A stretch of DNA of 59,837 bases, filler included. It is 4 parts of 4 records of this genome, joined end to end, with 100 filler letters (N's around TTAATTAATTAA, not from the genome) between each part and the next. Parts side by side here need not be neighbours in the genome. Positions count along the whole stretch, not along the records: positions 5,270 to 24,030 come from SRR31156797_4161; positions 24,131 to 51,991 come from SRR31156797_4168; 2 more parts are not named here. One strand, 5' to 3'. Under the pieces are notes generated by a model, which was not told where the DNA came from, did not search any database, and was given only the letters and a program-made list of their open reading frames with translations. Numbering within the stretch: position 1 is the stretch's first letter; every line of letters starts with the position of its first letter. The translations under genes were made by a program, and so were the position numbers. Below are positions 20,223-28,362 of this stretch, one piece after another.

Positions 20223-20435
20223 CTACACAGAATCCACTGAATAAAGGTCTTCAACAGAGCATCTAAGCTCCTCAGCAATTTTACAGAGTGTATCCAGCCG
20301 ACAGGACGCAATTCTCTTGTCTCTGGCTCTTGAAACAGTCTCCACAGCTAATCCGGTTTTATCTGCGAGCACACGTATGCTGACTTGAGCTTTTTCCATT
20401 AATTCTGGAACCTTGCTCTCTATTTTTAGACGCAT
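20223..20435 (-). CDS. Cro/C1-type HTH regulator (possible controller protein)
   Basis: 'SIRVLADKTGLAVETVSR...LDTLCKIAEELRCSVEDL'; first gene of the vsr-dcm cluster; start could be 20435 or 20450. Confidence 0.82.
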   Translation of the reverse strand: MRLKIESKVPELMEKAQVSIRVLADKTGLAVETVSRARDKRIASCRLDTLCKIAEELRCSVEDLYSVDSV

Positions 20436-20471
20436 ACGCCAAAGTAGCATGTATGCGTTGCACCGTCTGTC

Positions 20472-20483
20472 CTAATATATTAG
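20472..20483. promoter_or_regulatory. Perfect 12-bp palindrome in divergent promoter region; candidate operator
   Basis: CTAATATATTAG between the HTH gene and the lipoprotein genes. Confidence 0.35.
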
Positions 20484-20544
20484 TATGCTTCATCTCGCAA
20501 CTTGAAAGCGCGGGACACAATAAATCTACCAAAAGAGGCAGACT

Positions 20545-21162
20545 ATGCGCACTCACTTAATACCCGGCATCCTTCTGGGCGTAATATGCAGCTTCATCAT
20601 TGCAGCATGTTCGCAGGCTCCATATCCGACCACATACGGCCTTACATCGCAGAGAATGATGCAGGCCGCCGGACACTGGCAGATTCTAGCAGAGGACACA
20701 GCAAACAAGATTTCTGAAAAAGTAGCTCCCGGCAGCAAGCTTTACCTCAGCAAGAACAGCGACGAACCCTTCTATGCTTACTTTGCAGACTTTTTAGAGC
20801 AGGAACTTGTAAACAAGGATTACGTCCTGTGTGAATCACGTTCTGCGGACTGCCTGCCAGTGCTCATCAATGCGCGAGTCTTGCAGCACGGAGAGAGAAT
20901 TCTGGATGTGTACCCCGGACTGATACCTGTTGTTACAGGTACTGTCGTTAGCTCTCTGGCTGTGGCGGGAGGAGTTTCCACAGGAGGGCTTCCGCAGAAC
21001 GAAGTGCTGGTTTCCATCAGGATAGTGAATGAAGGCAAAACTGTACTAGCTGAAAACAATGTCTATTACGTAGGCGAGGATGAAGTCTGGCACTACGACA
21101 AATACCCGGATGCAGCAGCAACAGGAATCCCCAGCAAAACCATGCAGATTGTCGGAGAATAA
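20545..21162 (+). CDS. Putative lipoprotein
   Basis: Hydrophobic signal with lipobox IAAC; AGAGG RBS. Confidence 0.7.
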   Translation: MRTHLIPGILLGVICSFIIAACSQAPYPTTYGLTSQRMMQAAGHWQILAEDTANKISEKVAPGSKLYLSKNSDEPFYAYFADFLEQELVNKDYVLCESRSADCLPVLINARVLQHGERILDVYPGLIPVVTGTVVSSLAVAGGVSTGGLPQNEVLVSIRIVNEGKTVLAENNVYYVGEDEVWHYDKYPDAAATGIPSKTMQIVGE

Positions 21163-21163
21163 A

Positions 21164-21655
21164 TTGAAGAAATTCTATCTGATTTTATTGTGTCTTTTCG
21201 TGTGCTCATGCTCAAACAAAAACACGGACTACATCAGCCCCCAATCCGAGACCATGAAAATCTGTTACGAAATGGCCGACCAGATGGCGACCCAGCTCAG
21301 GGCCAAGAAAATCAACAACCTGAAAATCATAAAGGTCTCGTTCGTCAACATTGATAATATTAACATGGTATCACCGAACGGCAGGGCATATTCTGAGTTC
21401 ATAGCCTCCCGCCTCTGTCAGCAGGGATTCCAAGTCGTGGAACTGAAATTGCGTGACAATATTGCCGTTGTCCCTTTCAAGGGGGAACTGGTGCTGACAT
21501 ATGACCAGCTTAAAATGGCTAAGAAACACGATGCCTCAGCCGTCCTGCTCGGTTACTACCAGACCCAAAGAGGGGAAGACATGTCTGTCTTCGCCAGAAT
21601 CATCAATATCAACGACAACGTGATTCTGGCTTCGCAGGATGTGAGTTCACTGTGA
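21164..21655 (+). CDS. FlgO-like domain lipoprotein
   Basis: TTG start at 21164 after GGAG; lipobox CSC; 'SFVNIDN...GRAYSEFIASRL...GFQVVELK...AVLLGYY' matches the FlgO pattern. Confidence 0.7.
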   Translation: MKKFYLILLCLFVCSCSNKNTDYISPQSETMKICYEMADQMATQLRAKKINNLKIIKVSFVNIDNINMVSPNGRAYSEFIASRLCQQGFQVVELKLRDNIAVVPFKGELVLTYDQLKMAKKHDASAVLLGYYQTQRGEDMSVFARIININDNVILASQDVSSL

Positions 21656-21665
21656 TCCAAATAAA

Positions 21666-21698
21666 AATGGGAAAAGGCTATTCTTACCTTTCCCCATT
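21666..21698. terminator. Terminator hairpin between convergent genes (U-tract on the minus strand)
   Basis: AATGGGAAAAGG-CTATTCTTA-CCTTTCCCCATT; the small-peptide stop codon lies in the loop. Confidence 0.7.
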
Positions 21699-21809
21699 CT
21701 CACGGGCATTTATATGCCACCCCAGACAATCGACAGTTGATACAGATCCAAACAACGTTCCGACAACTAAGCTAATAAAGCCGACTATCGTACTTACATT
21801 AGAGATCAT
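21684..21809 (-). CDS. Small single-TM peptide (41 aa), type-I-toxin/holin-like
   Basis: Strong RBS GGAGGTG in GGGGAGGTGATGCCTATG; MISNVSTIVGFISLVVGTLFGSV...; ends in the terminator. Confidence 0.5.
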   Translation of the reverse strand: MISNVSTIVGFISLVVGTLFGSVSTVDCLGWHINARENGER

Positions 21810-21830
21810 AGGCATCACCTCCCCAATATC

Positions 21831-21910
21831 AGCGATTATGTTACAGTCCCCTATCGCTCTTACAAGCCTCATTCGCTATCACAGTCTCACAACTATGCGG
21901 GGCAGGACCC
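21831..21910 (-). ncRNA. Candidate structured RNA at the 3' end of the pentapeptide-repeat gene
   Basis: Hand-folded: ATAGTT-GTGA-GACTGT GNRA hairpin extended by CGC/GCG; AGCGAT...ATCGCT hairpin whose loop GGGACT can pair with 5' GGTCCT (pseudoknot). Confidence 0.4.
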
Positions 21911-22564
21911 TTTCTTCTTAGCTTTATTCCACAACCTTTTCAAGGCATGTCTTAATGAATCATAAGTATTAATCTTACCTAAGGGCATAGAATTAAGTTC
22001 TAATAGCAGCTCAACTAACTCCTCTCTCCGATAATGATTTAAAAGCAACCGTAAGTTAAGATTATTTAATTTTTTATCAGATATATGAACCAGCTTTGTT
22101 AACCTGAGCCTCTTGTTATTTTTCAGAGGCTCAAGTTTTTCAAGAAAAAAAGACTCATGGGGCAAACTAGGATAATCATTAGTTACATAACAAGAAGGCT
22201 CAACACACTCTTCATAAGATGTAATATTGGTTGTAACAATATCAGAGCTACTAAACTTACTAAAATCAAACTTGCAATTTATAAAAACACACCCAACTAA
22301 GTTTGAATTTGAAAACAAACTATTTATAAATTTACAATTTTTAAAAGTTACCCCCCAAAGATCACACCCCAAAAACTTACTACGAATAAATTTAACATTT
22401 TTAAAAGTAGATCCTCTAAAATTAATCCTACTAAAATTTATATCTGTAAATTTGTATCTACAAACCAGACTTTTAGCATAAAATTTATTATACATAGACT
22501 TAAGTTTTCGTTTATTACCTCTATGGCAGGCAATCCACAACCGACTAAGCTTCTTTTTCGCCAT
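21893..22564 (-). CDS. Pentapeptide-repeat protein with helical C-terminal domain
   Basis: Tandem 5-aa repeats (FTDIN FSRIN FRGST FKNVK FIRSK FLGCD LWGVT FKNCK FINSL FSNSN...); visibly AT-richer than its neighbours. Confidence 0.9.
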   Translation of the reverse strand: MAKKKLSRLWIACHRGNKRKLKSMYNKFYAKSLVCRYKFTDINFSRINFRGSTFKNVKFIRSKFLGCDLWGVTFKNCKFINSLFSNSNLVGCVFINCKFDFSKFSSSDIVTTNITSYEECVEPSCYVTNDYPSLPHESFFLEKLEPLKNNKRLRLTKLVHISDKKLNNLNLRLLLNHYRREELVELLLELNSMPLGKINTYDSLRHALKRLWNKAKKKGSCPA

Positions 22565-22602
22565 AATAGTTACTCCACTAAGTCACATACCGAGCATAAA
22601 AA

Positions 22603-23787
22603 CTATTTACAATCCTCCAGATTCACAACCTTCTCCGACTTCGACTCCCCGCCATTCTCCAGACCGTTAAAAATGTCCCCGGCAACAGCGGAGGCATCCT
22701 GTAAAGCTTTATCCCGCAGATGGGCATATCTTTGAGTCATAGCCGCACTTTTGTGGGTCATGAGCTTCTGGAGGGTGTACATATTCACCTTACCAGAGCT
22801 GGCCAGTATAGAGGCGTAGACATGCCGCAGGCCGTGCAGAGCCCTAAAATCAGCAGGTAATCCAGCACGCTCTTTAATCCGTTTTGTCTGGTGGTGTGCG
22901 TCTGTGCGTTGCAGCCCTCCCCTGCCGGGAAAGACAAACTCGCTCCCGGTCCGCTCATGCTCCATCAGAAGCGCACGAGCTGCATCATTTAAAGGGATTT
23001 TCTGACTCTTACCCCCTTTGGGAGCTTCAATATAAATAAACCCAGTATCAAAATTAATATGCTTCCATTTCAGCTTGAAAAGCTCCCCTCTACGCATCCC
23101 GGTATAAAGAGCCATCTTCATAAGGTTGGCAACCTGTCGGTTAGAGTCTTCGTCAATGGCTTTTAATAAAGCTTGAAGCTCCTCTGGTTCTAATTCATCC
23201 GTTTTAACATTATCAACCTTAGGGAGCTCGATATAAAGAACAGACGGTTCAGGCTCAGGACATAATCCCCTCTTTACCCCAAAATTTATAATTCGACGAA
23301 GCAGAGCAAGGACATGCTTCACTGTCTGCGGGGCTTTAGTTTTCAGCAACAGTTTCCTGACCCCATCAACATCCAGCGTGACAATTTCAGCTGGAACCTT
23401 GTTTCCGAATACAGGCTTAATATGCTTTTGGAATCTGTTATCGTCTACACGTAGACCTTTATTATCAATGCGCTGGCTATAATATTCCAGCCATATCCTT
23501 TCTATAGTCCAACGGCCTTTCCGTGCTTCCTTATCAGCAGCTATTTTAGCTCTGTGCTCAGAATTGGATGGCTGATCGCCATCAATACGCAGGACCCGCA
23601 AACGCGATGCTTTAGCGGCTGTCATGTTATCCTGAAATTGACGTCCGGCTTTTTCTTCAACCTGCTTACCATCGCGCCTGTAACGGATATAGAAAACTTT
23701 TTCGGGCTTTCCTGTTGCAGGATGCTTGCCTTCAATAAAGTAGACGCCCTTGTAACCATCAATTTTAACTCTCTTATTCTTTGCCAT
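22603..23787 (-). CDS. int: Tyrosine recombinase/integrase
   Basis: YTGMRRGE (R), PKGGK (K), HGLRH (HxxR), MTH...MTQRY (H, Y); start moved to ATG 23787 after an AGAGGTG RBS; adjacent to the att core. Confidence 0.95.
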   Translation of the reverse strand: MAKNKRVKIDGYKGVYFIEGKHPATGKPEKVFYIRYRRDGKQVEEKAGRQFQDNMTAAKASRLRVLRIDGDQPSNSEHRAKIAADKEARKGRWTIERIWLEYYSQRIDNKGLRVDDNRFQKHIKPVFGNKVPAEIVTLDVDGVRKLLLKTKAPQTVKHVLALLRRIINFGVKRGLCPEPEPSVLYIELPKVDNVKTDELEPEELQALLKAIDEDSNRQVANLMKMALYTGMRRGELFKLKWKHINFDTGFIYIEAPKGGKSQKIPLNDAARALLMEHERTGSEFVFPGRGGLQRTDAHHQTKRIKERAGLPADFRALHGLRHVYASILASSGKVNMYTLQKLMTHKSAAMTQRYAHLRDKALQDASAVAGDIFNGLENGGESKSEKVVNLEDCK

Positions 23788-23800
23788 AGCAGCACCTCTT

Positions 23801-23886
23801 TGAGCTTTCCCCCACAAGGTCCCCCTCATTTTCCCCACGGGTCCCCCACAAGAAAAATGAGCTTTACCCCACGCTATCCCCCACAC
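23801..23886. repeat. Six CCCC(A/T)C direct repeats in three pairs; probable integrase arm-type sites (right arm)
   Basis: TTTCCCCCACAA, GTCCCCCTCA, TTCCCCACGG, GTCCCCCACAA, TACCCCACGC, ATCCCCCACAC; TGAGCTTT(C/A)CCCCAC occurs twice. Confidence 0.65.
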
Positions 23887-24000
23887 TTTTAATCAAAATA
23901 TGAAGAAAAGAAGAGTAAGTCAAGGCACTACTCTTAAATTTAAACATAGATAAACAGCAGGTTATAGAAACAGAGAGGAATGGATAAAAAAGTCAACCTT

Positions 24001-24030
24001 CGGCCTGTCACGCCGGAGGCCGCGAGTTCG
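24001..24030 (+). repeat. att core: partial tRNA-Asp(GTC) copy starting at the anticodon stem
   Basis: CGGCCTGTCACGCCG anticodon arm (GTC) + GAGGCCGCGAGTTCG; no tRNA 5' half upstream; the last 10 nt equal the first 10 nt of the contig. Confidence 0.85.
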
Positions 24031-24130
24031 NNNNNNNNNNNNNNNNNNNNNNNNNNNNNNNNNNNNNNNNNNNNTTAATTAATTAANNNNNNNNNNNNNN
24101 NNNNNNNNNNNNNNNNNNNNNNNNNNNNNN
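24031..24130. other. Artificial contig linker
   Basis: N-run + TTAATTAATTAA + N-run. Confidence 0.98.
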
Positions 24131-24159
24131 TGCGTGTCTACCAATTCCACCACCTGGGC
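24131..24159 (-). tRNA. 5' fragment of a tRNA, probably tRNA-Leu (truncated by contig end)
   Basis: Minus strand GCCCAGGTGGTGGAATTGGTAGACACGCA, a Leu-type D-arm; anticodon not visible. Confidence 0.75.
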
Positions 24160-24171
24160 AGTAAAGCGCTG

Positions 24172-24202
24172 CAAATATAAGTTATATTTTAATTTAGGCA
24201 AA
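24172..24202 (-). promoter_or_regulatory. Bacteroidota primary-sigma promoter for the tRNA
   Basis: Minus strand TTTG-N19-TATATTTG, matching the -33/-7 consensus TTTG / TAnnTTTG. Confidence 0.7.
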
Positions 24203-24395
24203 AAGAAATCAATTTGTAATTACAGATTGTGGGGTAGGAGGTTCTCTCATTAAGAGCCTGACCCGAGAATCGGTAAGAGTTAGTGAGGTGTGGGATGGGC
24301 AATTATTCTTATGGTTTAGTGAATTTTTAATACACATATTATCGAGAGAAAATAATACTAAATATTTACCTTTGAAAAAACTAAAAACACATATT

Positions 24396-26123
24396 ATGAA
24401 AAAATTATTTACAATATTCGTTTTACTTATTTCAATATCAACAATTAATGCCCAATATACTTCTAGTGGTGTAGGAACAAAATTTACACCCCAAATGCTG
24501 GCAGATAGCGCAGGAGCATATTTTACAATCAACGGTAATAATTATCAATTATCCAATTTAATTACCATTAGTGCAAATGATACACTGGAAATTATGGATG
24601 GCGATACATTATTTATGGCAAATGATGGTGAGTTGCGTATTGAAGGTGTATTATGGGCTATGCCAAATGAAGCACTTGCAATAACAGCAGTTGACAGCAC
24701 TACAGGTTATGAAGGAATTACATTTGATGAAAGTGAAGGATCAACTATTCAAAATGTTCACTTCAGCTATGGAGGAGGAGTTAAATTGTTGTATTCTGAT
24801 GTGCACTTTTCGAATTGTACTTTTTATAAAATGACTGATGCTAATGGTTCCGGCGCGATTGATATGTTGCAATCAAGTCCAATAATTGAGTTCTGTGATT
24901 TTCATTATAGTTATCAGGCTGCCATTGCTTCTAGTGCTACGGCTAGTTCATCACCGATTATTATGCATAATTATTTATATCGAAATAATACTGAGAATGG
25001 CAACCGTCCACAAATTAATCTGGGAACCAGCGATGGAACCAACGATATCATTATTAAGCACAATGAAATCATCGGGTATTATGATGAGGCAGGAGGGATT
25101 AGTGTGGCTACGCTGGCTGGCGGAAGTGTTTCGGCTATCATAGATTCAAATATAGTAACGGGTAACCGATACGGCCTAAATGTGCAGGGAAATGTAGATG
25201 TTCAAATAATTGGAAATCATTTTGTGGATAATAATATTGAAGATAACCCAATGCAAGGTGGTTCCGGAATTAGTTTTTACAGTGGAGCCACAGCAATTGT
25301 TGCACACAATATAATTACCGGAAACCTTTGGGGAATTACCATTCCCACAGCTTCAAATCCAAACCTTGGACAAATAGGTGCTGATACAGTAAATATTGGC
25401 CACAACTATATTTATGATAATGGTAATGGAGGAACTACGTACAATTTGTATAACAATTCAGCTGAAGATATTTATGCCCAAAATAACTATTGGGGAACTA
25501 CTTCGCTGGTTGAGGCTGGTGAAGGAATTATTGATAATGAGGACAATAGTTCATTGGGAGTTGTAACTTATGATCCTATTTATCTATTGAGTGATGAGAG
25601 CAAAGTGCTTTCAATGCGTTTCAAAGTTGAAGATGCCTGGGTTGAAGCTTTAATTGATGAGGAAAATAAAGAAATTACAGCAGAGCTACCTGCTAATACA
25701 GACCTTTCATTACTTGAATACAAAATTGTGATAAGCGATTATGCCTCAGTTGAGATGTCTAATGATGAATTATTAATCGGGGTAGCTGATTTTACATCAA
25801 CAGTAACTGCTGTGGTAACTGCTGAGGATTCTATTTCATCTTCAACATATAGTATTGATGTTATTTCCGAGCAGAGTATAGAAGAACAAGAAGCAGCTAA
25901 AGTGAGTGTTTATCCTATTCCTGCAAATACACATATTAATGTTGTCGGGAAAGATAAAATCAATCATATAACGATTTCAGATTTATATGGTAGACAACTT
26001 ACAAATTATTCACCTAATTCAACAAACTTTAGAGTCGATGTATCCACTTTCGTTGGTTTTGTATTTGTCAATATTACACTCCAAGATGGATCTGTAATTA
26101 CGAAAAAAGTGATATTGCAATAG
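24396..26123 (+). CDS. Secreted right-handed beta-helix protein with T9SS C-terminal sorting domain
   Basis: Signal peptide MKKLFTIFVLLISISTINAQ; Asn/Gly-rich beta-helix repeats; CTD 'VSVYPIPA...ITKKVILQ'; TACCTTTG promoter element at 24367. Confidence 0.82.
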   Translation: MKKLFTIFVLLISISTINAQYTSSGVGTKFTPQMLADSAGAYFTINGNNYQLSNLITISANDTLEIMDGDTLFMANDGELRIEGVLWAMPNEALAITAVDSTTGYEGITFDESEGSTIQNVHFSYGGGVKLLYSDVHFSNCTFYKMTDANGSGAIDMLQSSPIIEFCDFHYSYQAAIASSATASSSPIIMHNYLYRNNTENGNRPQINLGTSDGTNDIIIKHNEIIGYYDEAGGISVATLAGGSVSAIIDSNIVTGNRYGLNVQGNVDVQIIGNHFVDNNIEDNPMQGGSGISFYSGATAIVAHNIITGNLWGITIPTASNPNLGQIGADTVNIGHNYIYDNGNGGTTYNLYNNSAEDIYAQNNYWGTTSLVEAGEGIIDNEDNSSLGVVTYDPIYLLSDESKVLSMRFKVEDAWVEALIDEENKEITAELPANTDLSLLEYKIVISDYASVEMSNDELLIGVADFTSTVTAVVTAEDSISSSTYSIDVISEQSIEEQEAAKVSVYPIPANTHINVVGKDKINHITISDLYGRQLTNYSPNSTNFRVDVSTFVGFVFVNITLQDGSVITKKVILQ

Positions 26124-26199
26124 AGAACTACAGGGAATAAAAACAATCTGAATAGATATATCGTTTATCAATTGCAGTACGTTATTAAACCTGTTAACT

Positions 26200-27204
26200 A
26201 TGAAGAAAATTAGTATCACAATAGTCGCAGTTCTAATGGCATTAAGCAGTTTTGCTCAGTATGATGCTATAGATGCCTACGTTAAAACAATTGAGTTCAA
26301 AAAGAGTGACGGTATACCTGAAATGGCTGCGAAAATTACAGCTAAAAGTAATTCTGACAAAGAAAAGGTGAGGGCTATTTTTGCCTGGATTGCACATAAT
26401 ATTGAATATGATGTGAGATCATTTTTATCTGGCCGTATCCCAAAATCTGAACCGATGGATGTGGTAAGGTCAGGAAAAGGCGTTTGTCAGGGGTACGCTA
26501 ATTTGTTTGAAGCAATGAGTGAGGCTGTAGGTATTGAAACCTATGTTGTATCCGGGTTCAGTAAAGGCTATGGTTTTTCTGACCGGAAAAAGTTAGAAAA
26601 CTCTGACCACGCCTGGAATGCTGTAAAAATTGATGATGGATGGTATCTATTGGATCCAACATGGGGTGCCGGTCATTTGAATGAAAGAGGAAAATATGTT
26701 TCCGCAATGCAGGATAAGTATTTTTTATCTGATCCTGCTTTCTTCGTGACACAGCACTTACCTGAAGATCCGGCTTTTCAAATGCTACCTTGTCCTGTTA
26801 CCCCAAATGAGTTCTTGACAGATAGTACAGAGGTGTTTAAAATTGCACGGAATAAAGATAAATGCTACAGTTATGTTGACACTTTAAATGCCTTTTCTCA
26901 ATTGGATTCAGTGCAACAAAAAGTTGCAACTGCTTTGCGCATGCATCGGTATTTTCCTGATAATACATACATGCCGGCTATTTTGATAAATCAAGCAGCT
27001 TACCATTATTCAATGCCTTTAAATGATGCGAAGATGGATCTGAAGATGAAAATGGAGATGGCTCGTAAAAGTCTCAAATATTATCAAATGGCAGAAGAAA
27101 TTATTAAGAAAAATAAACGATCTGAAGGCAGACAATTACACCAAATGGTTAAAAATAACATTGAAAACGTTGAACGTTTTATTGATTTTTACAAAAACAG
27201 ATAG
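26200..27204 (+). CDS. Transglutaminase-like domain protein
   Basis: GVCQGYA (Cys), HAWN (His), LLDPTW (Asp); signal peptide. Confidence 0.88.
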   Translation: MKKISITIVAVLMALSSFAQYDAIDAYVKTIEFKKSDGIPEMAAKITAKSNSDKEKVRAIFAWIAHNIEYDVRSFLSGRIPKSEPMDVVRSGKGVCQGYANLFEAMSEAVGIETYVVSGFSKGYGFSDRKKLENSDHAWNAVKIDDGWYLLDPTWGAGHLNERGKYVSAMQDKYFLSDPAFFVTQHLPEDPAFQMLPCPVTPNEFLTDSTEVFKIARNKDKCYSYVDTLNAFSQLDSVQQKVATALRMHRYFPDNTYMPAILINQAAYHYSMPLNDAKMDLKMKMEMARKSLKYYQMAEEIIKKNKRSEGRQLHQMVKNNIENVERFIDFYKNR

Positions 27205-27207
27205 TTT

Positions 27208-28290
27208 ATGAAAAAAATCCTTGCTCTAATTCTAGTTTCACTTTTTTCACATGCAATATACGCTGATGGTTTGGCCTTAATTGAAGATGACCAAAACCGT
27301 TTGTTTATTTTCGATAAGGGACAATTTACCCAACTTGAGCATAATAAAACAACCAAATGGCATGTGGGCAGAGATTATGCAGTTTATATCGATTATTTAA
27401 GCAACTTGAAAGTTTATCATAATGGCAAAGTGAAGCGGATCAGTCAAAGTGTGACAGATTTTAAAGCTACAGAAGAATTTATCACATGGTCAGTTGCAAA
27501 TTATTTGTATGTATGGCATGATGGGGTGAAGAAAGAAATCTCACGTGATGCACGCATGGTAAGAGCAAAGGGAAGTGTGATTTATTTTCAGGACGAATTT
27601 GATAACGCTTTGAAGATTTATTACAATCATCAGGTTTATCTATTTGCTCAGAATCATTATTCATTAAGAACCAAGGGATTAACCATTGGACATGGCTCAG
27701 TAGCTGTAAAAGATGGAAATGACCAATTGTTTGTATTTGTAAAAGGGAAAATGCAATTAGAAAAGTTTTATTCTGAGCGTACTTATTTTAGTGCTGGTGG
27801 AAATGGAGTCCTGGTAGCAAATACAGATGACCGTGAACTACAGCTTTTAACCGGATCAGATGTGGAAACCCTGGAATATTTCTTGCCTAAGTGGTTTAAA
27901 AGTGTGTATAAATGGAAGGTCTGGGTTGACAATGCAGGTAATTTTAATGTCTATGAAGATGGCGATAAAAAATTGTTGACTTATCAAAGACCTAAATTAA
28001 TTGATTATAGTCCTGAAGGATTATTGTATGAAAATGGAGGGCAATTGTACATATACATGGATGGTAGTGATCAATTTGTATGTGAACATGTGCCGGCAAA
28101 TTATGCATTCTTCAACGATCTATTCGTCTATTATACCAGGCAAAATCAAGTAGAGATTGTGTATAAAGGGTCGCCCAGAATAGTGAGTTCTATGCCAGGT
28201 GTTCGATTCGATTTATACTTTGATGTTGTGATATTGTCTGAAGGGAAGAAGCGCAAAGTTTTTTATCAAGGGAAGCTTTATAATCTTTAA
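27208..28290 (+). CDS. Secreted hypothetical beta-rich protein
   Basis: Signal peptide; repeated short beta-strand units. Confidence 0.7.
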   Translation: MKKILALILVSLFSHAIYADGLALIEDDQNRLFIFDKGQFTQLEHNKTTKWHVGRDYAVYIDYLSNLKVYHNGKVKRISQSVTDFKATEEFITWSVANYLYVWHDGVKKEISRDARMVRAKGSVIYFQDEFDNALKIYYNHQVYLFAQNHYSLRTKGLTIGHGSVAVKDGNDQLFVFVKGKMQLEKFYSERTYFSAGGNGVLVANTDDRELQLLTGSDVETLEYFLPKWFKSVYKWKVWVDNAGNFNVYEDGDKKLLTYQRPKLIDYSPEGLLYENGGQLYIYMDGSDQFVCEHVPANYAFFNDLFVYYTRQNQVEIVYKGSPRIVSSMPGVRFDLYFDVVILSEGKKRKVFYQGKLYNL

Positions 28291-28362
28291 TAGCTTTATC
28301 CAAAATATAAAATGCTATATATGATTCAAATCTATTTTTTGATTTAATTGTTTACCCTTTTA

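Larger units (their letters stand above)
5270..24030. mobile_element. tRNA-Asp-targeting integrative element (phage-satellite/IME-like genomic island), ~18.75 kb
   Basis: tRNA-Asp fragments at both contig ends share CGCGAGTTCG; tyrosine integrase next to one end; Xis/AlpA HTH and primase-helicase at the other; defence-like cargo between. Confidence 0.9.

Noticed and set aside
21861-21910. GCGAATGAGGC resembles the HDV ribozyme 3' end (GCGAATGGGAC)
   Set aside because: I could not build the nested P1/P3/P1.1 double pseudoknot upstream, so it is kept only as a generic structured-RNA candidate.
21652-21921. 89-aa plus-strand ORF, and the longer 62-aa version of the minus-strand peptide
   Set aside because: The plus ORF runs through a terminator hairpin and has no recognisable features. 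The strong RBS supports the start at 21809 (or 21815) on the minus strand instead.
21893-22564. Pentapeptide protein as a Qnr quinolone-resistance gene
   Set aside because: The repeats cover only the N-terminal half and are followed by an unrelated helical domain; Qnr proteins are repeats almost throughout.
23788-23886. N-terminal extension of the integrase (MWGIAWGK...WGK)
   Set aside because: It is the translation of the CCCCAC DNA repeats; the RBS supports the ATG at 23787.
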